Origin: a virus
Taxonomy: Duplodnaviria; Caudoviricetes
DNA length: 64,000 nucleotides
Direction: 5' to 3' (one strand)
IMG/VR virus record: IMGVR_UViG_3300046103_002699
Coordinates: 3,807 to 67,806 of that record
Positions 36,617 to 45,042 of this stretch are shown in pieces (position 1 is the stretch's first letter; each line of letters starts with the position of its first letter). The position numbers and the translations under genes were made by a program. Under the pieces are notes generated by a model that saw only the letters and a list, made by a program, of their open reading frames with translations, was not told the origin of the DNA and made no database searches.

Positions 36617-37504
36617 ATGGACAACTCAAATATAGTTTCAACACTAACAGCCTTAGAAAAGGCATTGTTTTCAAGATATCGGCAGTCATGGGACACGCAT
36701 CAGAATCGCGGTTCACTTGACCCACGTAGATGTTACCGCGCTTTAGGCGGTTCCACTGACGTCTTCCGCAGAAAAGACATTCGTGACGAGCGGAAAAGCG
36801 CTGTTAGCCTAGTGGTTGATCTTAGTGGCTCGATGTATGGACGTAGAGCCCACGCTTGTGGGAAGATGGTTGACGGCTTCCAAGAGGTATTTCGTCAGTC
36901 TCAAGTGAATTGGGAGCTAACAGGATTTGCTACCCACCACCCACATTTTGATTCAAGATTTAATGAAACGCTTCTGAAAGAGAAAGCGGGTGATGACCGC
37001 AGAACCCGCTCTATCGCCACAGAGCGCGGGCAATCGACTACTCTAGGTGGAACAGCCAACGATCACCTCGATGCGCCTACACGTGCTTCTGATGATTTCG
37101 CTTACAGAGGCAACGCGGTGCGCTTCAAACGCTTTGGAACTGCAACCCCGCAAACTGCCCTTGGTCAGTTCGTTCAAGGCGCCACAGGCGGGAGCACAGC
37201 GGATGCACACGTGTATCGACTAGCAATGCAACGCCTTGCCAAGCAAGAAGAGAGCACCAAGCTAATGATCTACCTTGGCGATGGCGCGGGTGATGGCATG
37301 AATCTTATTCGTCAAGTCAACAATGAGGGCATCGAGGCGGGTGTGATCAGCATGGGCATAGGGCTAGGCTCTAGCGCTGAAGTGGTAGCGCCTTGGGCAT
37401 ACGATACATGCATCCACGTTCGACGTGTCGATGAGTTAAGCGCCAAGGCATTCGCCGATAGCGCACAGGTGATCAATCAAATTAGGCGGGAGCGGTGCAA
37501 ATAG
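36617..37504 (+). CDS. von Willebrand factor A domain protein (CobT C-half-like)
   Basis: GSLDPRRCYR..VFRRK then MIDAS VDLSGSM, GGST, YLGDG. Confidence 0.85.
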   Translation: MDNSNIVSTLTALEKALFSRYRQSWDTHQNRGSLDPRRCYRALGGSTDVFRRKDIRDERKSAVSLVVDLSGSMYGRRAHACGKMVDGFQEVFRQSQVNWELTGFATHHPHFDSRFNETLLKEKAGDDRRTRSIATERGQSTTLGGTANDHLDAPTRASDDFAYRGNAVRFKRFGTATPQTALGQFVQGATGGSTADAHVYRLAMQRLAKQEESTKLMIYLGDGAGDGMNLIRQVNNEGIEAGVISMGIGLGSSAEVVAPWAYDTCIHVRRVDELSAKAFADSAQVINQIRRERCK

Positions 37505-37531
37505 CACCCCGCCTACACAGGAGAATTTAAT

Positions 37532-38086
37532 ATGACAAATTTACAATTAGCACTAACAAGCGCGGGGGTTTTAGCCGATTTCGTAGGCAATGGTTTAGCA
37601 GATGACCCCGCTAATCAAACCCTCGCCAAGGATGTGGCGGAGTCACTGAAAAAGTTGATAGTCAAAGCCACTGCTGACCTCAGTAGCGCGGAGCCGTTGG
37701 TTTCCCCCGCTACGGCAGAGCAGTGGGAGGCGAAGTTGAGCCAAGCGAGCTCCGCACCAAAAATGAGAAACATCGAAATCGTGGAGAACGATGTTTTAGA
37801 TTATCTCTACGCCAACGAGTGGAGTGTGCTCGCGTTTAATAGTGGAATGAGCGGGACGCGGAAATGGCATAAGACCACGTTCAAAGCACAGCGGGAGGAA
37901 ATGAGGTTTGTCCTATGGGAGGAAACACCCCTCAAGAAAGGCGATTGGATTAAAGATTTACTGCCGTCGCATCCTTTCCGTCAACGCATTCAAAACAAAT
38001 GTTTTGAGGTCAAGAAAGTGACCAAGAAAGGCGCTACAAAATTTAACGAGCACTTTGATGAAATAACCATCAAGTTCTGCAAATAA
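37532..38086 (+). CDS. Early hypothetical protein
   Basis: 184-aa ORF with SD-like GGAG. Confidence 0.7.
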   Translation: MTNLQLALTSAGVLADFVGNGLADDPANQTLAKDVAESLKKLIVKATADLSSAEPLVSPATAEQWEAKLSQASSAPKMRNIEIVENDVLDYLYANEWSVLAFNSGMSGTRKWHKTTFKAQREEMRFVLWEETPLKKGDWIKDLLPSHPFRQRIQNKCFEVKKVTKKGATKFNEHFDEITIKFCK

Positions 38087-38105
38087 TCACTACATACTAC
38101 ATACA

Positions 38106-38270
38106 ATGAACACAAAAATAAAACAAACCATCGGAAATCTATTAATCAAAATAGCAGACTATTTAGGAGCACCCAAAAGGTGGGGCGGGCTACCCGAAGA
38201 TAGCCTTCGGTTTAAGATACTTTACACCACATACAGCGTAGGATGTGACCTCAATCAACCTAGTAATTAA
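38106..38270 (+). CDS. 54-aa early protein (not in track)
   Basis: ATG preceded by the CACTACATACT leader; hand-translated MNTKIKQTIGNLLIKIADYLGAPKRWGG... Confidence 0.55.
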   Translation: MNTKIKQTIGNLLIKIADYLGAPKRWGGLPEDSLRFKILYTTYSVGCDLNQPSN

Positions 38271-38271
38271 T

Positions 38272-38355
38272 ATGAATTGGGACATCATAATTCTACTACC
38301 TTGGGCGTTCGTTTTCTACATCATGTGGATCGATATGTTCATCCGCAAACCATAA
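38272..38355 (+). CDS. 27-aa membrane peptide (not in track)
   Basis: MNWDIIILLPWAFVFYIMWIDMFIRKP; 1 nt after the previous stop. Confidence 0.45.
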   Translation: MNWDIIILLPWAFVFYIMWIDMFIRKP

Positions 38356-38375
38356 CCAAATAATCACTACATACT

Positions 38376-38555
38376 ATGAAAATACAAATACCAATCACCG
38401 AAGATGAAGCTCAAGACCTCCTCGATGGCACGCGCATTATTACGCTGACACCGCCCGAATTACCCCATGTGGAAATCGAGCTCGTCAATTACAATGGATG
38501 GACACCCGAAGCTACTATGGAAACAATTAAGCAATCAAACTCAAACTCAAATTAA
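38376..38555 (+). CDS. 59-aa early protein (not in track)
   Basis: CACTACATACT directly before ATG; MKIQIPITEDEAQDLLDG... Confidence 0.55.
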   Translation: MKIQIPITEDEAQDLLDGTRIITLTPPELPHVEIELVNYNGWTPEATMETIKQSNSNSN

Positions 38556-38556
38556 A

Positions 38557-38739
38557 ATGAAAGTATTTAAAATTAAAGGTTCCACTGAAGGCATGTTAAT
38601 CAGCGTAGGCATCGTCGCACTTAGTGCGAAAGAAGCAGTCGATCAATTCAAATACAAAGTGGGCGAGATAGTCCACCAAGTAGATTGTTTAGGTAAGGCA
38701 ACCGCTTCTGCGCTACAAGGTGAGGTAGTCTACCTGTGA
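38557..38739 (+). CDS. 60-aa early protein
   Basis: Likely true start ATG 38557 (MKVFKIKGS), 1 nt after the previous stop, within track ORF 38467..38739. Confidence 0.55.
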   Translation: MKVFKIKGSTEGMLISVGIVALSAKEAVDQFKYKVGEIVHQVDCLGKATASALQGEVVYL

Positions 38740-38960
38740 GCGGGGATTTGGTCGATCAGTGCGTGGAAAGAATCGCTTCGATATTCCACGAAATAGATGT
38801 AAATCTACCGCTCGAAGCATTCCCAAAATTGGTAGAGCAAATGCTAGAAGGCTCCGCGCTACTGATCGACACCGAGAATCAACAAATACATTGCTACAAA
38901 AATGGCTCGATGTTTGAAGACGAAAGAGTTAAACCAAGTAAAGGACACCAATCACGATGA
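38736..38960 (+). CDS. Early hypothetical protein
   Basis: GTGA/ATGA overlaps with both neighbours. Confidence 0.6.
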   Translation: MSGDLVDQCVERIASIFHEIDVNLPLEAFPKLVEQMLEGSALLIDTENQQIHCYKNGSMFEDERVKPSKGHQSR

Positions 38961-39676
38961 GATTAAAAGGTCATAAAGATATGTTGAAACAGCTACACGA
39001 AATGTACGGAAAAAACGAACCGCTTTGCGATGAGCTCAAAGGGCACCTCGAAACATGCGATATATTTGGCGAGGTGTTAAAACACCCGCTAGTGTTCATG
39101 GTTCCGTATTTCGCAGAACACATGGGAGGACTCGCCAACAGGGCTCTGAAGCAAAAGAAAGAGCAAATGGCGCGTGCCATTGCGAAAGGCGATTTGATGA
39201 CTGTTGTGTGGCTCCATGAGCGACCATACCGCATCGATGCGCTACGTGACTACGTCGCAATGCCGAGTGTTCCCGAAGCTGACTTCGCCAAGGCACTGCT
39301 ACAAGCATGGACGGACTGCGAAAATGTTTGGCAGAACTATGATTGGTGGGTCGAACTGCTCTCAATGCGAAAGATCGATTGGATGAGCTACGCTGATAAA
39401 GTTGATAGTGAAGCTTTTGATGCCTTGCCCGCCGTGGTAGACATATACCGAGGAGGCATTACGAGTTGGGAAGACACCCCGCTTTCATGGACTACGGATC
39501 GCGAGAAAGCCGAGTGGTTCGCTAGGCGGTTTGGCAAGGTGGAGGACGCAAACTTAATGAAAGCTACCATCGAGAAAAAGCATATATATTTTTATACCAA
39601 TGGACGAAGCGAGTCCGAGGTTGTGGTTGACCCCGAACATGTAAAAGTGAATTGGTACGAACCTATTGTTCAATAA
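38957..39676 (+). CDS. Putative ADP-ribosyltransferase-fold early protein
   Basis: C-terminal IYRG...LSWTT...ESEVVV pattern matches the R-S-E arrangement. Confidence 0.5.
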   Translation: MRLKGHKDMLKQLHEMYGKNEPLCDELKGHLETCDIFGEVLKHPLVFMVPYFAEHMGGLANRALKQKKEQMARAIAKGDLMTVVWLHERPYRIDALRDYVAMPSVPEADFAKALLQAWTDCENVWQNYDWWVELLSMRKIDWMSYADKVDSEAFDALPAVVDIYRGGITSWEDTPLSWTTDREKAEWFARRFGKVEDANLMKATIEKKHIYFYTNGRSESEVVVDPEHVKVNWYEPIVQ

Positions 39677-39702
39677 GTATGTAGTGATAATTAGCGAACG
39701 AG

Positions 39703-39728
39703 CCCCCTCGAAAGAGGGGGTTTTTTTT
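39703..39728 (+). terminator. Intrinsic terminator closing the early region
   Basis: CCCCCTC-GAAA-GAGGGGG followed by T8. Confidence 0.92.
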
Positions 39729-39931
39729 GGTTGCTAGGAAAGTGGTAGGAAATTTCAAGGCAATTCATAAGTATATAAGCTATAACATTTTATATAAAAA
39801 AGGTGGCGGGACGCACACCTGCGTACTAATTTACCGAGTAATAGCGCGCGCTACAAGCGGTATTGACTTGATACCGATTATTGGTAAACTGATTGTAAAT
39901 CAGTTTACTAAAAACTTAACGTTCTAAGCAC

Positions 39932-40192
39932 ATGCCACCGAAAAAGAAAGCCGCGCCGAAAAAGAAGAAAGCACGTAATTACCGCAAGGAATATGACGAG
40001 TACCACAGTAAGCCCGAACAGCGTAAGCGTAGGAGTTCTAGGAACCTCGCAAGGCGTAAAATGGCAAAAGCGGGGCGAGTGTCAAAAGGAGACGGCAAAG
40101 ACGTTGACCACAAAGACCGAAACCCGAAAAACAATTCTGCCAAAAACCTTCGAGTGCAATCGAAGAAGAAAAACAGAGGTAGGAATAAGTGA
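39932..40192 (+). CDS. Minimal basic HNH endonuclease-like protein
   Basis: DGKDVDHKDRNPKNNSAKNLRVQSKKKNR. Confidence 0.7.
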   Translation: MPPKKKAAPKKKKARNYRKEYDEYHSKPEQRKRRSSRNLARRKMAKAGRVSKGDGKDVDHKDRNPKNNSAKNLRVQSKKKNRGRNK

Positions 40193-40434
40193 ATTACATT
40201 AGGGTTTGCCCCGATAAAATAAAAGCGAACACGCCCGCTGTGATGACTTTTATTGAAGACGGCACGGACATAGCGCGGTTCCACACGGCAGTAATCATCA
40301 AAGATGCGAACGGCGACGAAGTCGCGCGAGTCGTGCAAAGTCTAAACGGAAGCAAACCGCAAGCGTTAGAAAACGAAACTACTTCGTGTTGGATCGAAAC
40401 CGCACTAGATGTTGAGTTTTTGAACGAATCCTAA
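40189..40434 (+). CDS. Hypothetical protein
   Basis: GTGA overlap with the HNH gene. Confidence 0.6.
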   Translation: MNYIRVCPDKIKANTPAVMTFIEDGTDIARFHTAVIIKDANGDEVARVVQSLNGSKPQALENETTSCWIETALDVEFLNES

Positions 40435-40539
40435 ATTGGAAATCGAATTTGATTGGGCGGTAACGCTCGCATGGATGTGGGACACGGAAAACGTAGAGTG
40501 CCCGCCACACAGCCACCCTTAGAATGTTGATAGTTGAGC

Positions 40540-40825
40540 TGCGTGTAGGGGGCCGTAGGGTAGGGGTTCCGTTTTTCAAACCCTACGTGCACTTAAACGA
40601 TTAATCGATAACGCTTTACGAAATTAAATGTAGGGTTGTAGGCTTTTCTTAATATAATATATATGGGAAATAGGCCAATAGAGTAAGCGTAATATATCGA
40701 TATACGATAAAACAAACTTTTTTCGCGTATCCCTACGTAACCCCGCGAACCGTGAACCTAAAATCGTGGTACGCAACGCTTTATGCGCGTGTAGGGTTTG
40801 AAACTCAACCCTGCATACCCTGCGC
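40540..40825. other. Candidate replication origin
   Basis: Repeated GTAGGG/CCCTAC hexamers (40545, 40555, 40560, 40581, 40630, 40731, 40791) around an AT-rich core at about 40645-40720, in a non-coding gap. Confidence 0.4.
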
Positions 40826-40961
40826 TTTTGCGCTACAAATTATATTTTTTGAGAAAAAACCGAAAAAACCCTCGCATCTCCACTCTTATATATTGGGAGG
40901 TTTAAGGCCTTTAAAAACCCGCGTCGGGAAACGCGGGTTAGGGAGAGGGTTAAGTTAGGGC

Positions 40962-41168
40962 TTAATCCACAGAAAGCGACTTTTCTAGGCGCGCTCTCTC
41001 AGATTTTAGTTCTAGTATGCGAAGCTCCTCCGTTTCGAGTGTTCTGCGTACTGACGTACGGACGAAGTCCGATATCGTTTGTTGGTTGTGCTTGCACACG
41101 CCACGAATGCGATCAGCTTCTTCAGCATTAAGACGTAGCGACATCGTATAATCTCGGTGTATACTCAT
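40962..41168 (-). CDS. Ribbon-helix-helix-like regulator
   Basis: TMSLRLNAEEADRIRGVCKHNQQTISDFVRTSV. Confidence 0.65.
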   Translation of the reverse strand: MSIHRDYTMSLRLNAEEADRIRGVCKHNQQTISDFVRTSVRRTLETEELRILELKSERARLEKSLSVD

Positions 41169-41405
41169 TTGTAGTACAATGTATAGCGTATTATAAAAAA
41201 AGGCAAATAATATACTTGCTTTTCTTTATCGAGAAAATTCAGTCGCTTTTCTGATCCTAGTAATGATTTACGCATAATTGTAATGATTTATTTAAAAATG
41301 GTTAACGGTTTATGCGACACTCTTCTAGGCGAGATTCTTTTTTCGTGTAGCGAAACTCTGTTGTTTTTATTTGGCACCGCTTGTAAGACATGCGATACCT
41401 ATTGA

Positions 41406-41588
41406 ATGGACAACGAACTTACAATTCAGCTCAACATTAGAGTTAACCCTGTTTTAAAAGACACCCTTGAACGCTCTGCTAAAAAGCGTCTCACGAACAA
41501 GTCAGCTTTGTTACGTGAAGCACTGTTGGATTACTTTGAAAAGCACGACATAGAACTCGCTGAAACTCCTAAAACTGAGGATGAGTAA
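41406..41588 (+). CDS. Ribbon-helix-helix (CopG-like) regulator
   Basis: QLNIRVNPVLKDTLERSAKKRLTNKSALLREALLDYF. Confidence 0.7.
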   Translation: MDNELTIQLNIRVNPVLKDTLERSAKKRLTNKSALLREALLDYFEKHDIELAETPKTEDE

Positions 41589-42738
41589 TGTGGATTCTAC
41601 CGAACCTCTCCAAGTTATCAGCGTTTGCACAGGATTGGGGGGTCTCGACATCGGAGCCCATTACGGCTTCGGAGGAAGAACTAGGCTCAAATGTTTTTGT
41701 GAACGAGAAAGCTATGCAATCTCGATCATTCAAGCGCGCATGTCTCAAGGACGCTTCCCTGTCGCGCCTTGTTGGTCTGACCTTAAAACCTTCCCTTTCC
41801 AAGAGTTTCACGGCTTATCTAACCTCGCACTTTTCGGCGGGTTTCCATGTCAACCCTTCAGTGTATCGGGACTTCGATCCGCAGACCGCGACCCGCGACA
41901 CTTGTTCCCTAGCATCAGAAAAGGCATCGAGCAGTGTGATCCATCCCTCGTTTTACTTGAAAACGTGGACGGCATCGCTTCAGCCAAGCTCGGAGGAACC
42001 CAAGATACGTCTGTTCTCAAACATGTCATGGGAGAGTTGGAAGAAATGGGTTACATCACAGAGGCGACTTCGGTCAGCGCGCGAGAAATTGGGGCTAACC
42101 ACAACCGACGTCGTTGGTTCATCCTCGGCGTGTTGGCCGACTCCAACAACTGCGGAGGATTACGGGTTTGCAGGGACGTGGCAAGGATTCCTAGCGCGCC
42201 AAGCAAAGTTCAAGGCGAAGGGAGTGAACCTTCAGAAGAAATTGGACATAGCGGTTCAAGACCCAAAGAATTTGGTGACCACGCATGGCATTTTCCCGCC
42301 CGACCCCACGAACTCCAACTCGAATGGGAACTCCCTAGAATATTGGCCTACGCCAAGAGCGAACAAGATGGAAGGGAGTACGAACACGGGATACGGCGAC
42401 TGCTTGATGGAAGCGGTGATGGGGCGAAAGGGCTCGACCAAGAACAAATTGAGCCCGCTGTGGGTAGCTCAACTGATGGGCCTACCCGCCGATTGGGCGA
42501 TACTCCCCCCTTCGTGGGAACCGAGCACGAAGGAAAAAAATTAGATTTCTTAATGAAGTATCGGAGCCGCGCTTTGCGTTTGTTGGGCAATTCAGTTTGC
42601 CCGCAACAGGCTTACCGTGCAGTTCGTATCCTCGCACCGCGAATCGCGCTACGCGCTACAGGGCTCCTGAAACTCCCTGGCGGATCCAGTTCAACCATCG
42701 AAGGTATGATTCGGCAGTCGACCAAAAATCCACTGTGA
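41581..42738 (+). CDS. C5 cytosine DNA methyltransferase, catalytic (alpha) polypeptide
   Basis: Motif I SVCTGLGG, IV GGFPCQPFS, VI LLENVDG, VIII RRRWFILG, X LLGNSVCP. Confidence 0.9.
   Translation: MSNVDSTEPLQVISVCTGLGGLDIGAHYGFGGRTRLKCFCERESYAISIIQARMSQGRFPVAPCWSDLKTFPFQEFHGLSNLALFGGFPCQPFSVSGLRSADRDPRHLFPSIRKGIEQCDPSLVLLENVDGIASAKLGGTQDTSVLKHVMGELEEMGYITEATSVSAREIGANHNRRRWFILGVLADSNNCGGLRVCRDVARIPSAPSKVQGEGSEPSEEIGHSGSRPKEFGDHAWHFPARPHELQLEWELPRILAYAKSEQDGREYEHGIRRLLDGSGDGAKGLDQEQIEPAVGSSTDGPTRRLGDTPPFVGTEHEGKKLDFLMKYRSRALRLLGNSVCPQQAYRAVRILAPRIALRATGLLKLPGGSSSTIEGMIRQSTKNPL
41588..42544 (+). CDS. Nested alternative-frame methyltransferase (beta) polypeptide
   Basis: 318-aa ORF entirely inside the alpha gene; WPTP repeats and motif IX-like LSPLWVAQLMGLPADW; ATG overlaps the RHH stop (TAATG). 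Confidence 0.7.
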   Translation: MWILPNLSKLSAFAQDWGVSTSEPITASEEELGSNVFVNEKAMQSRSFKRACLKDASLSRLVGLTLKPSLSKSFTAYLTSHFSAGFHVNPSVYRDFDPQTATRDTCSLASEKASSSVIHPSFYLKTWTASLQPSSEEPKIRLFSNMSWESWKKWVTSQRRLRSAREKLGLTTTDVVGSSSACWPTPTTAEDYGFAGTWQGFLARQAKFKAKGVNLQKKLDIAVQDPKNLVTTHGIFPPDPTNSNSNGNSLEYWPTPRANKMEGSTNTGYGDCLMEAVMGRKGSTKNKLSPLWVAQLMGLPADWAILPPSWEPSTKEKN

Positions 42739-43181
42739 CCGAACACGCAAAACAGCACGGCACTTACTACGAACAAGCTTTCATTTTAAAGTGTATGTAC
42801 CACGGCTTGCACCCCCACCCAAGCGTGGGCGATTACCTCCCACATGATTTGATAGTGCAGAACAGCGTGGGACGCATGGTACGGGTTCAAGTGAAGGGAA
42901 CCGATTCTTTACAGAGGCTAAAAAAAGAGGGGTCTAAGAGTACTAGCTACACCAAAAGGGGTAGATATCGAATCACTGCAATGATGGGATCGAAAGCAAA
43001 AAAGCAACCCATTGATTGTTTCTTGGTGGACGTGCTCGCGATTTATGTTCGCGAACACAAAACCTTCTACAACATACCTTGCACTGATTTATCGAGCACG
43101 TGCATTTGGGTCGCACCGCACGACGACACAAGCAAGGGGAAATACGAAAAATATAAGGAGAATTGGGATGTCTATAGATAG
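42735..43181 (+). CDS. PD-(D/E)XK endonuclease (group I intron-like family)
   Basis: GTYYEQAF..DYLPHDLIV..VQVKGT..DVLAIY; GTG start overlaps the methylase stop. Confidence 0.7.
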   Translation: MTEHAKQHGTYYEQAFILKCMYHGLHPHPSVGDYLPHDLIVQNSVGRMVRVQVKGTDSLQRLKKEGSKSTSYTKRGRYRITAMMGSKAKKQPIDCFLVDVLAIYVREHKTFYNIPCTDLSSTCIWVAPHDDTSKGKYEKYKENWDVYR

Positions 43182-43674
43182 AAAACCTGTCGGCGGAATT
43201 GATGTAGGGCTACAGGGAGCTGTCGCGCTAGTTAGCGCGGACGGATCGAAGTACGAAGTCCACGACATACCGACATTAAAAAACGGATCGAAAAAAGAAT
43301 ACGACATGTGGGCGATAAACGATTTATTAAAGTCGTTCATCCTCAGTCACGGCAACTTGTTGTTTTATGTTGAGAAAGTCGGCGCTATGCCAGGCCAAGG
43401 TGTTGTATCGATGTTTCGATTCGGCATGGGCTACGGAATCGCGCAGATGGCAGTGGTGGGTGCGGGTCATCGACTAGGTCTAGTGCGACCGCAAACTTGG
43501 AAAGCTTCCACGATGCGTGATTCGGCAAAGACTAAAGGTGCCTCGTGTGCCGTAGCGCATCAACTCTTTCCGCGAGCCGAGTTAACAGGTTCGCGAGGCG
43601 GGATGAAAGACGGCAGATGCGAGGCGTTGCTTATCGCGGAGTATGCGAGGCGGGAGACTTACGGAACTGTATGA
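43168..43674 (+). CDS. RuvC-like Holliday junction resolvase
   Basis: GIDVG, YVEKVG..QGVVSMFRFG, PQTWK, DGRCEALLIA; ATG 43168 behind AAGGAG. Confidence 0.85.
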   Translation: MSIDRKPVGGIDVGLQGAVALVSADGSKYEVHDIPTLKNGSKKEYDMWAINDLLKSFILSHGNLLFYVEKVGAMPGQGVVSMFRFGMGYGIAQMAVVGAGHRLGLVRPQTWKASTMRDSAKTKGASCAVAHQLFPRAELTGSRGGMKDGRCEALLIAEYARRETYGTV

Positions 43675-43813
43675 CTATAAGATATAGACACGGCTGTGGT
43701 TCAAATAAAGGCGTTTGGGAGTTGGTAAGCATATGGGGGATTACTAAAGCAGAGTTTTCCTCCAAGGCTAAAGCCACGAAATACCTTTTAGAATTAATGG
43801 AAAGACAAAACTC

Positions 43814-44089
43814 ATGACTGAAATTTCTACAGAGACAAACGAGCCTCCAAAACTGAAGCTACCCGACGAATTCGACTCCGCATTGTTGGGTCACGATTGG
43901 AAGGGTAACCGCGCAGTTTATTCTATTGAGTCGATTCTAGAGGTGCTCATGGAAACACAGGAGTGGAATTTAGAGGAGTGCATCGAACATTTCGACCACA
44001 ACATCGCGTGTGCTTACATGGGCGAGATGACTCCGCTTTATGTGTGGACTGCACCCGAAGGTATAGACGAGTGGCTTCACAGCAGTTAG
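43814..44089 (+). CDS. Conserved-looking phage hypothetical protein
   Basis: AVYS...EECIEHFDHNIACAYMGEMTPLYV pattern. Confidence 0.6.
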   Translation: MTEISTETNEPPKLKLPDEFDSALLGHDWKGNRAVYSIESILEVLMETQEWNLEECIEHFDHNIACAYMGEMTPLYVWTAPEGIDEWLHSS

Positions 44090-45042
44090 AGCTTTTTCCA
44101 ACCGCGTCCACCACGAATTATAATGTGGTGGATCGCTTGGTTACGTACAACAAAGACCATTGTTGGCAGTACGATATTCGTTTAAATAACCGAGAACTCG
44201 ATCTTGCAGCGAGCGGATTAACTGAGAGTAGCGCACGCGCTATTAAAATTAGCGATTTAGAGTTTCAGGCGGTAGCCGCAACGGACAAAACCACCTGTCG
44301 TGAGATAGTCGAATTTATCGAACGCCACGAATGGTTGGGTAAAATGCCGATGGCAATAACTCACAGGTTTACTGCTAGATATAAAGGTACACTTGCGGGG
44401 GTTGTTGTCATGGCAACGCCGAACGCTTTTTCAAATTTGTTGGGAGCGGGCACACGAGACCTCGAAAAACTTATAGCGCGAGGTGCCTGCATAAGTTGGG
44501 CACCTTCCAACACAGCTTCGTGGTTAATTGCAAAGTCGATTGACTACATGGTAAGTAATACTGACTTCAGAGTATTCACTGCTTACTCCGACCCCGATGC
44601 CAAAGAATTAGGAACTATATACCAAGCGTGTAACTTTTTTTATTTAGGTCAGCACTTCGGCGGGGTTCGACAGTTCCTCGATCCGCTAAACGAGAAACGC
44701 GGATGGTTTGGCGAGCACGGTTTCAACGACCGTTCGCAAATCGTGCGCTACAGCAAAGAGCTTGGACTGGAATGGGAAGACGAATGGTATCGCCGAGTTG
44801 GCGTTCGCAATCAATACCGCAAAATTGATTGGTCAGCCATACCGCCCGACACCGCTGAGATGTTGAAAACCGAGCGGGTACTGCACAAAAAACGATGCAA
44901 GTCACGCACCACCACGCGAAAACATAAGTATGCTTATGTGAAAGGCGTTAACAAAAGAGAGACGAAAGAGCTCCACCGAAAATTTTATGAAGCCAATGAA
45001 AATTTGGATGTGTTTAATTACCCAAAAGAAAGGGGAAAATGA
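44071..45042 (+). CDS. Mom-like DNA modification protein (GNAT fold)
   Basis: FIERHEWLG..GVVV..ARGAC..SWLIAKSI..AYSDP..GTIYQACNFFYLG; start reassigned to GTG 44071. Confidence 0.7.
   Translation: MASQQLELFPTASTTNYNVVDRLVTYNKDHCWQYDIRLNNRELDLAASGLTESSARAIKISDLEFQAVAATDKTTCREIVEFIERHEWLGKMPMAITHRFTARYKGTLAGVVVMATPNAFSNLLGAGTRDLEKLIARGACISWAPSNTASWLIAKSIDYMVSNTDFRVFTAYSDPDAKELGTIYQACNFFYLGQHFGGVRQFLDPLNEKRGWFGEHGFNDRSQIVRYSKELGLEWEDEWYRRVGVRNQYRKIDWSAIPPDTAEMLKTERVLHKKRCKSRTTTRKHKYAYVKGVNKRETKELHRKFYEANENLDVFNYPKERGK

Noticed and set aside
33744-37504. Cobalamin-biosynthesis auxiliary metabolic genes (cobS/cobT)
   Set aside because: No cobN or other B12 genes; the AAA and vWA motifs are generic MoxR-vWA features.
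40379-40958. ORFs 40379..40579 (-) and 40752..40958 (+)
   Set aside because: They overlap a repeat-rich, AT-cored region that looks regulatory; no RBS or recognisable motif.
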